From: Burkholderiales bacterium
GTDB taxonomy: Bacteria > Pseudomonadota > Gammaproteobacteria > Burkholderiales > SG8-39
Reading direction: 5' to 3'
NCBI GenBank assembly: GCA_036379875.1
Contig: DASVFV010000120.1
Location: 1,223-65,222, forward strand
Length of the DNA stretch: 64,000 bases
Shown here: in pieces, positions 11,116 through 22,068 of the stretch
Position numbering within the stretch: the stretch's first letter is position 1
Layout of the letters: the number at the start of each line of letters is the position of its first letter
Program-made: the position numbers and the translations under genes
Notes under the pieces: model-generated
Told to the model about the DNA's origin: nothing
Database searches by the model: none
What the model saw: the letters and a program-made list of their open reading frames with translations, nothing else

Positions 11116-11439
11116 CTAGCGCTGGTCGTGCAGCGGGGACTTCTGGCTCGAGAACCAGGCCGCCAGGTCCTCGATGTCCTTCTTCGACAGCTGGGCCGCG
11201 AAGCCCTTCATGATGGGGTTGTTGCGCTTGCCGATCTTGTAGTCGGTGAGCGCGCGCACGAGGTAGTCGTAGTACTGGCCGGCGAGGATCGGCTGGTCGG
11301 GCGCAGAGGGCTTGTTGCCATCGGGGCCGTGGCACGCGGCGCACACCTGCGCGGCCTTGGCTTTGCCCGCCTCGGCATCCTTGGCGAGCGCCGGAGCGCT
11401 CATCGCCAGGCAGGCCAGGGCGACCAGGATGCGCGTCAT
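11116..11439 (-). CDS. Class I mono-haem cytochrome c
   Basis: 107 aa with a signal peptide, the haem motif CAACH and a distal Met (NPIMKGF). ATGA overlap with the upstream cytochrome gene. The track ORF N-terminal extension is spurious. Confidence 0.85.
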   Translation of the reverse strand: MTRILVALACLAMSAPALAKDAEAGKAKAAQVCAACHGPDGNKPSAPDQPILAGQYYDYLVRALTDYKIGKRNNPIMKGFAAQLSKKDIEDLAAWFSSQKSPLHDQR

Positions 11440-11759
11440 TTCTGCGGCCCCGCGTAGAAGTCGGCGAGCTTCTTCATGTCTTCCTCGGTCAGGCTCGCCG
11501 CGATGCCGCGCATCGACGGATGCGAGCGCTCGCCCGACTTGTAGGCCTTGAGCGCCGCGATGATGTAGCCGGGCTGCTGGCCGGCGATCTTCGGCACGTG
11601 ATAGACGGTGGGAAACGCGGTCTTGTACCCCGGGATGCCGTGGCAGCCGATGCACATGGCGTGCGCGTTCTCCAGGCCCAGCTCCTTGGGCGCGGCCTTC
11701 TTGTCCTGCGCGTGCGCGCCGAAGGCGACGGCGAGGAGGATGAGGATCAGGCGGGGCAT
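11436..11759 (-). CDS. Class I mono-haem cytochrome c
   Basis: 107 aa with a signal peptide, CIGCH and HPSMRG. Paralogue of the adjacent gene; together they resemble a split cytochrome c4. Confidence 0.85.
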   Translation of the reverse strand: MPRLILILLAVAFGAHAQDKKAAPKELGLENAHAMCIGCHGIPGYKTAFPTVYHVPKIAGQQPGYIIAALKAYKSGERSHPSMRGIAASLTEEDMKKLADFYAGPQK

Positions 11760-11832
11760 GCGATTTGTTCTAGGTCTCTGTTCGCAGCGGCGAATTCTAA
11801 CGCAAAAAAACCCGGCTGCTAGAATCCCCGGC

Positions 11833-12652
<820 letters not shown>

Positions 12653-12678
<26 letters not shown>

Positions 12679-13147
12679 GGAACACCGGCAGGTCGGTGGT
12701 CGGCGGCGCGACCCCCGCCTGGTACATCATGCTCGCCACGTTGCCGCGGTGATAAGTGCCGTGATTCGCCACGTGCAGCAGGATGTCCCGGCGTGCCATC
12801 GAAGCGGGACCGCCGCCGATGAAGCGGAAATCGACCACCTCGTTCACGTCGAAGCCGGAATCGGCATAGCGCACGTACCACTCGTCCATCGCCGCCTGCG
12901 CCTCGCCGAGCTTCGCGAGCGGCGGGCAGGCCTCCGGATTGCGGGTGGTGTAGCCATGCGGCCGGCCTTCAAGATGCGCGCGCCACACCTCGTCCATCGC
13001 ATAGACGTGGTTGAGCGTGCGCAGCAGGCTGCCGAACACGATCTTGCGCGGCGCGCTGAGCTCGGCCTCGGGAAGCTGCGCCGCCGCGGCGAACACCAGC
13101 TCGTTCGCCCACGCCTTGTAACGCATCAACGTCTGCAGGTAATTCAC
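12653..13147 (-). CDS. DinB-family (DinB_2-like) protein
   Basis: LMRYKAWANE...LNHVYAMDEVW...HVANHGTYHRG gives a DinB-like His triad layout. GTG 13147 is proposed as the start (ATG 13126 is the alternative). The track extension is a shadow frame. Confidence 0.7.
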
Positions 13148-13166
13148 CGCGGCTAGAGTACACGCA

Positions 13167-13808
13167 TTGAACGTCACCCTCACCTTCGACAACGGTCCGG
13201 AGCCCTCGGTCACGCCGCACGTGCTCGAGGTCCTCGAGCGCGAGCGCATCCTCGCCACCTTCTTCGTGCTCGGCGCCAAGCTCGCCGATCCCGCGCGCCG
13301 CAAGCTCGCCGAGCGAGCGCACGCCGCCGGCCACTGGATCGGCAACCACACCATGACCCATGGCACGCCGCTCGGGAAGCTGACCGAACCCGGCGCCGCG
13401 CGCCGCGAAATCCTCGACACGCAGAAGCTGCTCGGCAAGCTCGCGCACCCCGACCGCCTGTTCCGCCCATTCGGCGGCGGCGGCGCGCTCGGCCCTCACC
13501 TCCTCAACCAGGAAGCCCTCGACGTGCTCCAGCAGGAAAAGATGACCTGCGTGCTCTGGAACGCGATCCCGCGCGACTTCGAGCATCCGGACGGCTGGGT
13601 TGATGTCGCCATCGAGCAATGCCTCGCGCAGCCGTGGACGCTCCTGGTCCTGCACGATCTACCGAACGGCGCCATGAACCACCTTGGCGGTTTTATTAGT
13701 CAGTTGCGCCGTAAAGGCGCGGCCTTCCTACAGGATTTTCCGCCGGAATGTCTGCCGATCAGGCGCGGAAAGATCGTAGACGCCGTTCAGTCATACGTTA
13801 CGCCGTAG
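13167..13808 (+). CDS. Polysaccharide deacetylase (NodB homology) family protein
   Basis: TTG start. LTFDNGP and GNHTMTHG motifs of the NodB domain. Confidence 0.8.
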   Translation: MNVTLTFDNGPEPSVTPHVLEVLERERILATFFVLGAKLADPARRKLAERAHAAGHWIGNHTMTHGTPLGKLTEPGAARREILDTQKLLGKLAHPDRLFRPFGGGGALGPHLLNQEALDVLQQEKMTCVLWNAIPRDFEHPDGWVDVAIEQCLAQPWTLLVLHDLPNGAMNHLGGFISQLRRKGAAFLQDFPPECLPIRRGKIVDAVQSYVTP

Positions 13809-13828
13809 GTTCTGACGCACACGATGAT

Positions 13829-13843
13829 GTCACAGATTGTGAC
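13829..13843. promoter_or_regulatory. Operator-like palindrome GTCACA-GAT-TGTGAC
   Basis: Perfect 6-bp arms with a 3-bp centre, in an AT-richer intergenic region upstream of the amidohydrolase/TctC pair. Confidence 0.45.
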
Positions 13844-13890
13844 TTCATCTTGCTCGCGCCCAAGTCATTGCAACGTGTGATGCCTTCAAG

Positions 13891-13905
13891 ATCACAAACT
13901 GTGAC
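13891..13905. promoter_or_regulatory. Second copy of the TCACA-N3-TGTGA palindrome (ATCACA-AAC-TGTGAC)
   Basis: Same half-sites as 13829-13843, lying 62 bp downstream and about 60 bp upstream of ATG 13964. Confidence 0.45.
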
Positions 13906-13963
13906 CTTGATCGTCCGCTGGGCAGTCTGGCGGCCATTTTGGCCATAGAATCGCGTCGCCATC

Positions 13964-14818
13964 ATGAGCTATCACAACAACCCGACCGAACCGAAGCTCA
14001 AGCTGCCGGCCGGCGCGTGCGACGCGCACTTCCACGTGTTCGGGCCGAAGGACAAGTTCCCCTACGCGAAGGACGCGCCGTACGTGCCTAAGGTCGACGC
14101 CCCGAAGGACGTGCTGATCGACCGGCACATGTTCCTCGGCATCGAGCGCGGCGTGGTGGTGCAGTCCGCCGCGCACGGCTACGACAACTCGGCGGCGGCC
14201 GACCTGCTCGCGGAAAAGAAGGGCAGCTACGTCGGCGTGGCGCTGGTGCCGGTCAACACCGACATCTCGGAGCTGAAGAAGCTGCACGCGCAGGGCTTCC
14301 GCGGCGTGCGCTTCAATTTCCTGCAGCGGCTCGGCGGCGGTCCCGCGGTCGCGGACGTGATGAGGTTCGCCACCAAGCTCGCCGTGCTCGGCTGGCACCT
14401 GCAGCTGCACGTCGAGCCGCAGCACATCCTGCCGATGACGCCGGAGCTCAAGCTCTCGCCGGTGCCGGTGGTGATCGACCACATGGGCCGCGTCGACGCC
14501 TCGCGCGGCCTCGACCAGCCCGGCTTCACGCACCTCCTCAAGCTCATGGAGGACCAGCGCTTCTGGGTCAAGGTGAGCGGCCTCGAGCGCGCCTCGCGCC
14601 AGGGCGCGCCGTACGCCGACGCGGTGCCGTTCGCGCGCAAGCTGGTCGCCGACTTCGGCAGCCGCGTGCTGTGGGGCAGCGACTGGCCGCACCCGAATCT
14701 CGACTCGGTGCCCGACGACGGCCAGCTCGTCGACCTGATCGGCGAGTTCGCGAACGAGATGCAGCGCCAGGCGCTGCTGGTCGACAACCCGCAGAAGCTC
14801 TACAAGTTCGAGTCATGA
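13964..14818 (+). CDS. Amidohydrolase_2 family hydrolase (LigI / 2-pyrone-4,6-dicarboxylate hydrolase-like)
   Basis: CDAHFHVFGP...VVIDHMGR...WGSDWPHP metal-ligand pattern of the amidohydrolase-2 family. Confidence 0.85.
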   Translation: MSYHNNPTEPKLKLPAGACDAHFHVFGPKDKFPYAKDAPYVPKVDAPKDVLIDRHMFLGIERGVVVQSAAHGYDNSAAADLLAEKKGSYVGVALVPVNTDISELKKLHAQGFRGVRFNFLQRLGGGPAVADVMRFATKLAVLGWHLQLHVEPQHILPMTPELKLSPVPVVIDHMGRVDASRGLDQPGFTHLLKLMEDQRFWVKVSGLERASRQGAPYADAVPFARKLVADFGSRVLWGSDWPHPNLDSVPDDGQLVDLIGEFANEMQRQALLVDNPQKLYKFES

Positions 14819-15765
14819 AAAAAATCCTCGCCGTGCTGCTGCTTCTTCCCCTCCTCGCGTTCGCGCAAAGCTATCCGAGCAAGCCGGTGCGGCTCATCGT
14901 CGGCTTCCCGGCCGGCGGGCCGGCCGACATCTTCGGCCGCGCGCTCGCGCAGGGCATGGCGGCCGAGCTCGGCCAGCCGGTCGTGGTGGAGAACGTGGCC
15001 GGCGTGGGCGGCGTGCTCGGTGTCGACCGCGCCGCCAAGGCCGCGCCGGACGGCTACACGCTATGCATCAACAGCGCCTCGCCGCTCGTCATCGCGCCCT
15101 ACTCGCTCTCGAAAATCCCGTTCGACGTGAAGAAGGACTTCGCTTTCCTCACGCTCGTAGTCCGCGTACCGGAAGTGCTCGCCGTCCATCCGGCATTGCC
15201 GGTGGCAAGCTTGAGTGAGTTGGTTGCCTATGCAAAGGCAAACCCGGGCAAGGTGAACTTCGGCTCGGCGGGCAGCGGCAGCATCACGCACCTCGCGGGC
15301 GAGCTGCTCAAGTCGGAGGCCAAGGTGGACCTGGTGCACGTCCCTTACAAGGGTGCCGCACCGGCGGTGAACGATCTCCTCGGCGGCCAGGTGCAGATGG
15401 GCATCTTCGATGTGCCGGTGCTGCTCGGCCATATCCGCAGCGGCAAGCTCAAGGCGCTCGCGATCACCAGCGCAAGCCGGGCCCCATCGCTGCCCGACGT
15501 GCCGACCACGGGGGAGCTCAGCTACCCGAACGTCAACTCGGACAACTGGTACGGGCTGGTCGCCGCGGCCGCCACGCCGCCGGAAGTGCAGAAGCGCATC
15601 CACGCCGCCGCGATCGCGGCGCTCAAATCCAAAGCCGTGGAGGAGCAGTTCTCGAAGGTGGGCGGCATCGCCTCGCCGGGCACGCCGCAGGAATATCAGG
15701 CCTTCATCGCCGCCGAGCAGGCCAAGTGGTCGCGCATCGTGCAGGCGATCGGCTTCAAAGAATAG
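14815..15765 (+). CDS. Bug/TctC-family tripartite tricarboxylate transporter substrate-binding protein
   Basis: ATGA overlap with the upstream gene. Signal peptide followed by QSYPSKPVRLIVGFPAGGPADI, the hallmark Bug N-terminus. Confidence 0.9.
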   Translation: MKKILAVLLLLPLLAFAQSYPSKPVRLIVGFPAGGPADIFGRALAQGMAAELGQPVVVENVAGVGGVLGVDRAAKAAPDGYTLCINSASPLVIAPYSLSKIPFDVKKDFAFLTLVVRVPEVLAVHPALPVASLSELVAYAKANPGKVNFGSAGSGSITHLAGELLKSEAKVDLVHVPYKGAAPAVNDLLGGQVQMGIFDVPVLLGHIRSGKLKALAITSASRAPSLPDVPTTGELSYPNVNSDNWYGLVAAAATPPEVQKRIHAAAIAALKSKAVEEQFSKVGGIASPGTPQEYQAFIAAEQAKWSRIVQAIGFKE

Positions 15766-16177
15766 CCTCGAGCTTGTTGCGCAGGTCATCGGGCAGCGCG
15801 ACGCCCTTGCGCGCCTTCGTGTCGAAGCACACCTCGACCGACTTCTGCGTCGCGCAGTGCGTCATGGAGTCCGCCTCGTAGAGCCGCATCTCGTGGGCGA
15901 AGCTCTTCGTGCCCACTTTCGTCACCGCGCCGCGCACCAGCACCAGCTGTCCCGAGGTGATCTCGTGGTGGAAGTCGATGGTCAGCGAGGCCATCACGGT
16001 GCCCAGCCCGCGCGCCCACACCTCCTGCAGCGAGATGCCCGCCATCGCCGGGATGTGCCAGCCCGCGTCGTCGAAGAACGCGGCGTACTGGCGCACGTTC
16101 ATGTGCCCGTAGCGGTCGCAGTGCGCGGGCAGCACCACGGTGCGCATCAGGTCGAACCATTTCATCTCGTTTGCCAT
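15755..16177 (-). CDS. Hotdog-fold acyl-CoA thioesterase (4HBT/YbgC-like)
   Basis: 140 aa from MANEMKWFDLMRTVVLPAHCDRYGHMNVRQYAAFFD, a typical 4HBT N-terminal motif. The track N-terminal extension was removed. Confidence 0.8.
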   Translation of the reverse strand: MANEMKWFDLMRTVVLPAHCDRYGHMNVRQYAAFFDDAGWHIPAMAGISLQEVWARGLGTVMASLTIDFHHEITSGQLVLVRGAVTKVGTKSFAHEMRLYEADSMTHCATQKSVEVCFDTKARKGVALPDDLRNKLEAIL

Positions 16178-16204
16178 TTGGCACGATGATTGCGTGGCGC
16201 GGGC

Positions 16205-16348
16205 ATGGACCGCAAGCGCAATTCCGAAAGACCGCAGCCCCTGGAGCACCCGATCGAGCCGGAGATGGACAAGCGGCCCGAGGATTCCGAGCACGGCCGC
16301 GACCCGGCGACCGAGCCGCCCAAGGACAAGCGCACCGACAATCTCTGA
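16205..16348 (+). CDS. Possible 47-aa highly charged small protein
   Basis: My own translation: MDRKRNSERPQPLEHPIEPEMDKRPEDSEHGRDPATEPPKDKRTDNL. GC3-rich codons match local usage, and the REP hairpin follows immediately. No clear Shine-Dalgarno sequence, and it is below the ORF-track size cut-off. Confidence 0.3.
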   Translation: MDRKRNSERPQPLEHPIEPEMDKRPEDSEHGRDPATEPPKDKRTDNL

Positions 16349-16351
16349 TTC

Positions 16352-16391
16352 GGGGACGGAGCCCTAACGAATCAGTTAGGGCTCCGTCCCC
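16352..16391. repeat. REP-like hairpin, family A (GGGGACGGAGCCCTAAC-gaatca-GTTAGGGCTCCGTCCCC)
   Basis: Perfect 17-bp inverted arms with a 6-nt loop. The right arm contains the TAA stop (16376-16378) of the M20 gene. Confidence 0.9.
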
Positions 16392-17556
16392 GATTTCCCC
16401 AAATCGAGTGCCGCGCGCGCGAGGACTTTGACCCCCACCGGGATGGCCAGCTCGTTGCAGTCGTAGTTCGAGCGGTGGATCGCGGTGTCGAGGCCGTCGA
16501 TCTTCGAGCCGATGCGCAAATGCGCGGCCGGCACGCGCTCGGCGAACCAGGCGAAGTCCTCGCTCCCCATCGATGGCTCGGGGAGCTCATAGACGTTCTG
16601 CGCACCGATACTGGCCCGTGCGCTCTTAAGCAAGGACTCCAAAATCTTCGTGTCATTACGGAGCGGCGGCGCCACGCGCTTCCAGTCGAGCGTGTAGTCG
16701 ATGCGCATGCCGAGCTTCATGCCCTCGAGCATGCGGCGCACCGCGGCCTCGATCTTCTCGGAGAGCCCGGGCTCCAAGGTGCGCACGATGCCTTTCAACT
16801 CGGCAGTACCGGCGATCACGTTGCGCGCGCGCCCGGCGTGGAACTCGCCGATGGTGAGCACCGCCGGCGAGACCGGCTTCACTTCGCGGCTCACGATGGT
16901 CTGGAGCTGCGCGACGAGGTGCGCGCCGGCGGCGAGCGCATCGACCGCGAGGTGCGGATGCGCGCCGTGGCCGTCCTTGCCCTTGAGCGTGATGTCGAAG
17001 GCGTCCGCGGCCGACATCACCGCGCCGGCGTTGTAGCCCACCTTCCCGGCCTGCACCGCCGGCCAGTTGTGGTAGCCGAGGATGAGGTCGAGCTTGGGAT
17101 TTTCCAGCGCGCCGTCGGCGATCATGGCGCGCGCGCCGCTCAGCGTCTCCTCGGCCGGCTGGAAGATGAACTTCACCGTTCCATGCAGCTCGTTCTTCAG
17201 CTGCGCGAGCACCGCCGCCACGCCGAGCGCGATCACCGTGTGTACGTCGTGGCCGCACGCGTGCATCTTTCCCCCGATCTTCGACGCGAACGCGAGGCCG
17301 GTCTGCTCGTGGATCGGCAGCGCGTCCATGTCGGCGCGGATACCGATGGTGCGACCGGGCTTCGCGCCTTTGAGGACCGCGACGACGCCGGTCTTGCCGA
17401 TGCCTGTCTTGGTTTGCAAGCCAAGCTGGTGAAGAAAATCCGTCACGGCCTTGGCCGTCTCGTGCTCCTCGAACGCGAGCTCGGGATGCTCATGCAGCTT
17501 CTTGCGCAGCTCTACGAGGCGCGGGGTGAGACGGGCGGCGATCGACTCGATGTCGC

Positions 17557-17560
<4 letters not shown>
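16376..17560 (-). CDS. M20-family amidohydrolase (N-acyl-L-amino acid amidohydrolase / hippurate hydrolase-like)
   Basis: ELRKKLHEHPELAFEEHETA, ADMDALP and MHACGHDVH motifs. ATG 17560 forms an ATGA overlap with the ABC-F stop. Confidence 0.88.
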
Positions 17561-19389
<1,829 letters not shown>

Positions 19390-19406
19390 TTCACTACAAT
19401 AGCAGC

Positions 19407-20579
19407 GTGCTGATCGATTTTTTCCTGAAACTGAAGAGCCACAAGCTGCCGGTCTCGATCAAGGAGTACCTCACGCTCCTCGAGGCGATGGGCAAGGGCG
19501 TGATCGGCCCGTCGATCGACGAGTTCTACTATCTCTCGCGCGCCGCGCTGGTGAAGGACGAGGCGAACTTCGACAAATTCGACCGCGCGTTCTCGGAGTT
19601 CTGGCAGGGCGTCGAGACCATTCCCGGCATCGACTCGCAGATCCCGCTCGAGTGGCTGCTCAAGCAGGTCGAGCTCAACCTCACCGACGAGGAGAAGAAG
19701 CAGATCGAGGCGCTCGGCGGCTGGGAAAAGCTGATGGAGACGCTGAAGAAGCGCCTCGAGGAGCAGAAAGGCCGCCACCAGGGCGGCAACAAGTGGATCG
19801 GCACCGGCGGCACCTCGCCGTTCGGCGCCTACGGCTACAACCCGGAAGGCATCCGCATCGGCCAGGAGAAGTCGCGCAACCGCAGCGCGGTCAAGGTGTG
19901 GGACCAGCGCGAATACCGCAACCTCGACGATTCGGTCGAGCTTGGCACGCGCAACATCAAGGTTGCCCTGAGACGATTGAGAAAGTTCGCCCGCGAAGGC
20001 GCGCCCGACGAATTCGACCTCGCGACGACCATCGACGAGACCGCGAAGAAGACCTACCTCGACATCCACATGCGGCCGGAGCGCCGCAACGCGATCAAGG
20101 TGCTGATGCTGATGGACATCGGCGGCACCATGGACGACCACATCAAGCTCGCCGAGGAGCTGTTCTCCGCCGCGAAGACCGAGTTCAAGCACCTCGAGTT
20201 CTACTACTTCCACAACTGCCTGTACGACTTCGTCTGGAAGGACAACCGCCGCCGCCACTCCGAGCGCACGCGCACCTGGGAGCTGCTGCACAAGTACGGC
20301 CACGACTACAAGGTGATCTTCGTCGGCGACGCGACCATGAGCCCGTACGAGATCCTGCAGCCGGGCGGCTCGGTCGAGTACTTCAACGAGGAGCCCGGCG
20401 CGGTGTGGATCAAGCGCTTCACCGACGTCTATCCGAAGTGCGTGTGGCTCAACCCCGAGCCCGAGGAGATCTGGTCCTACCGCCAGTCGATCGGCGTGAT
20501 CAAGGAGCTCATGAACGGGCGCATGTACCCGACCACGCTGAACGGCCTCGAGCGCGCCATGAAACTGCTGGCAAAATAA
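19407..20579 (+). CDS. VWA domain protein (CoxE-like)
   Basis: GTG start. The N-terminus MLIDFFLKLKSHKLPVSIKEYLTLLEAM is typical of CoxE-like VWA proteins. The C-terminal half carries a MIDAS-like LMLMDIGGTMD. Confidence 0.8.
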   Translation: MLIDFFLKLKSHKLPVSIKEYLTLLEAMGKGVIGPSIDEFYYLSRAALVKDEANFDKFDRAFSEFWQGVETIPGIDSQIPLEWLLKQVELNLTDEEKKQIEALGGWEKLMETLKKRLEEQKGRHQGGNKWIGTGGTSPFGAYGYNPEGIRIGQEKSRNRSAVKVWDQREYRNLDDSVELGTRNIKVALRRLRKFAREGAPDEFDLATTIDETAKKTYLDIHMRPERRNAIKVLMLMDIGGTMDDHIKLAEELFSAAKTEFKHLEFYYFHNCLYDFVWKDNRRRHSERTRTWELLHKYGHDYKVIFVGDATMSPYEILQPGGSVEYFNEEPGAVWIKRFTDVYPKCVWLNPEPEEIWSYRQSIGVIKELMNGRMYPTTLNGLERAMKLLAK

Positions 20580-20654
20580 ATGGGGACGGACCCCATTTTT
20601 CGCATTCGGGAATCGATCGCAGATGAGAAAAATGGGGTCCGTCCCCATTTATTT
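20574..20654. repeat. 81-bp palindromic element, family B (27-nt arm / 27-nt spacer / 27-nt arm)
   Basis: The left arm AAATAAATGGGGACGGACCCCATTTTT is exactly complementary to the right arm AAAAATGGGGTCCGTCCCCATTTATTT. The element fills the whole intergenic space and contains the VWA TAA stop. Confidence 0.9.
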
Positions 20655-20656
20655 CC

Positions 20657-21736
20657 ATGAACGCCCCTGAAACGCAGCAGTTCCTCACCCTTTCCGAGAT
20701 CATCGCCGCGGCGCGCGCCAATCTCGCGCCCGGGCCCTGGAGCTACCTGATCGGCGGCGCGGAGACCGAGACCACGGTCAAGCGCAACCGCCACGCCATC
20801 GACTCCGTCGCTTTTCGCCCCCGGGTCCTCAAGAACGTGAGCAAGATCGACAGCACGAGCACCTTCCTCGGCCAGAAGGTACGACTGCCCGTGATGCTCG
20901 CGCCGATCGGCGGGCTGGAATCCATCGTGCCGGAAGGCGCGGCGGCCGCGGCGCGCGCGTCGGAGCAGTTCGGCGTGCCGCAGATGCTGTCTTCCGTCTG
21001 TCAGCCGGGCCTGGAAAAAACCGCGGCCGCGGCGAAGAACCTGCGCGTGTTCCAACTCTATGTGCGCGGCAACGATGCGTGGGTGGATGACCACGTGCGC
21101 CGCGCGCAGGACCACGGCTACTCGGCCTTCTGCTTCACCGTCGACGTCGCCGTCTATAGCCGGCGCGAGCGCGACCTGATCGGGCGCTTCGTCAAGCCGT
21201 GGCGCGCCGCCGCGGGCGAAGGCGCGCCGTTCCAGGCCGGCCTGTCGTGGGACCAGGTCAAGCGCTACAAGGACAAGTACCCGTCCTATCCGCTCATCAT
21301 CAAGGGCATCGCCACCGCGGAAGACGCGCAGATCGCCGTGCAGCACGGCGTCGAGGTGGTGTACGTGTCGAACCACGGCGGCCGCCAGCTCGACCACGGG
21401 CTCGGCAGCATGGCGGTGCTGCCGGAGGTCATCAAAGCAGTGAAAGGGAAAGCCGAAGTGTGGGTGGACGGCGGCTTCATGCGCGGCACCGACGTGGTGA
21501 AGGCGATCGCGCTCGGCGCGAAGGCGGTCGGCATCGGCCGCCTGTGCGGCCTGGGGCTCGGCGCGGCCGGCGTGCCGGGCCTGGTGCGCGCGCTCGAGCT
21601 GCTCGAGGACGAGGTGCGCACCGCGCTCGGCCTGCTCGGCGTCACGTCCTACGCCGAGCTCACCCCGGCGCACCTTTGTCCCGCGCCCATGGTCACGCTG
21701 CCGGATACCTTCAGCGCCTTCCCGTTCCTGCAGTGA
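20657..21736 (+). CDS. FMN-dependent alpha-hydroxy acid dehydrogenase/oxidase (LldD/glycolate oxidase family)
   Basis: RNRHAIDSVAFRPRVL...VSNHGGRQLD...GGFMRGTDVVKAIALGA are hallmark motifs of the family. Confidence 0.88.
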   Translation: MNAPETQQFLTLSEIIAAARANLAPGPWSYLIGGAETETTVKRNRHAIDSVAFRPRVLKNVSKIDSTSTFLGQKVRLPVMLAPIGGLESIVPEGAAAAARASEQFGVPQMLSSVCQPGLEKTAAAAKNLRVFQLYVRGNDAWVDDHVRRAQDHGYSAFCFTVDVAVYSRRERDLIGRFVKPWRAAAGEGAPFQAGLSWDQVKRYKDKYPSYPLIIKGIATAEDAQIAVQHGVEVVYVSNHGGRQLDHGLGSMAVLPEVIKAVKGKAEVWVDGGFMRGTDVVKAIALGAKAVGIGRLCGLGLGAAGVPGLVRALELLEDEVRTALGLLGVTSYAELTPAHLCPAPMVTLPDTFSAFPFLQ

Positions 21737-22068
21737 AGATCTACGGCATCCGGAACTGCGACACGATGAAGAAGGCGTTCGCCTTCCTCGAGTCGAAGAA
21801 GCTCGCGTACGAGTTCCACGACTACAAGAAGGACGGCGTGCCGCCCGGCAAGCTCGGCGAGTGGGCGAAGCGCGTCGGCTGGGAGAAGCTCGCCAACACG
21901 CGCGGCCCGACCTGGCGCAACATCCCGGACGCGGAGAAGGCAGGCCTCACCGAGGCGCGCGCGCTCAGGCTGCTCGAGAGATACCCGAGCGCCATCAAGC
22001 GCCCGGTGCTGGAAGCGGGATCGAAGCTGCTGGTCGGCTTCGATCCCGGCGAATACTCGAAGCTCTAG
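21733..22068 (+). CDS. ArsC/Spx/MgsR-family protein (YffB-like)
   Basis: GTG 21733 forms a GTGA overlap. VKIYGIRNCDTMKKAFAFLE...IKRPVL is typical of YffB-type ArsC-family proteins. Confidence 0.85.
   Translation: MKIYGIRNCDTMKKAFAFLESKKLAYEFHDYKKDGVPPGKLGEWAKRVGWEKLANTRGPTWRNIPDAEKAGLTEARALRLLERYPSAIKRPVLEAGSKLLVGFDPGEYSKL

Noticed and set aside
13876-13896. TGTGA...TCACA, a possible CRP-type site next to the Crp-family-rich context.
   Set aside because: The spacer is 11 nt rather than the 6 nt of the CRP consensus. The TCACA-N3-TGTGA reading of the same bases gives two consistent palindromes instead.
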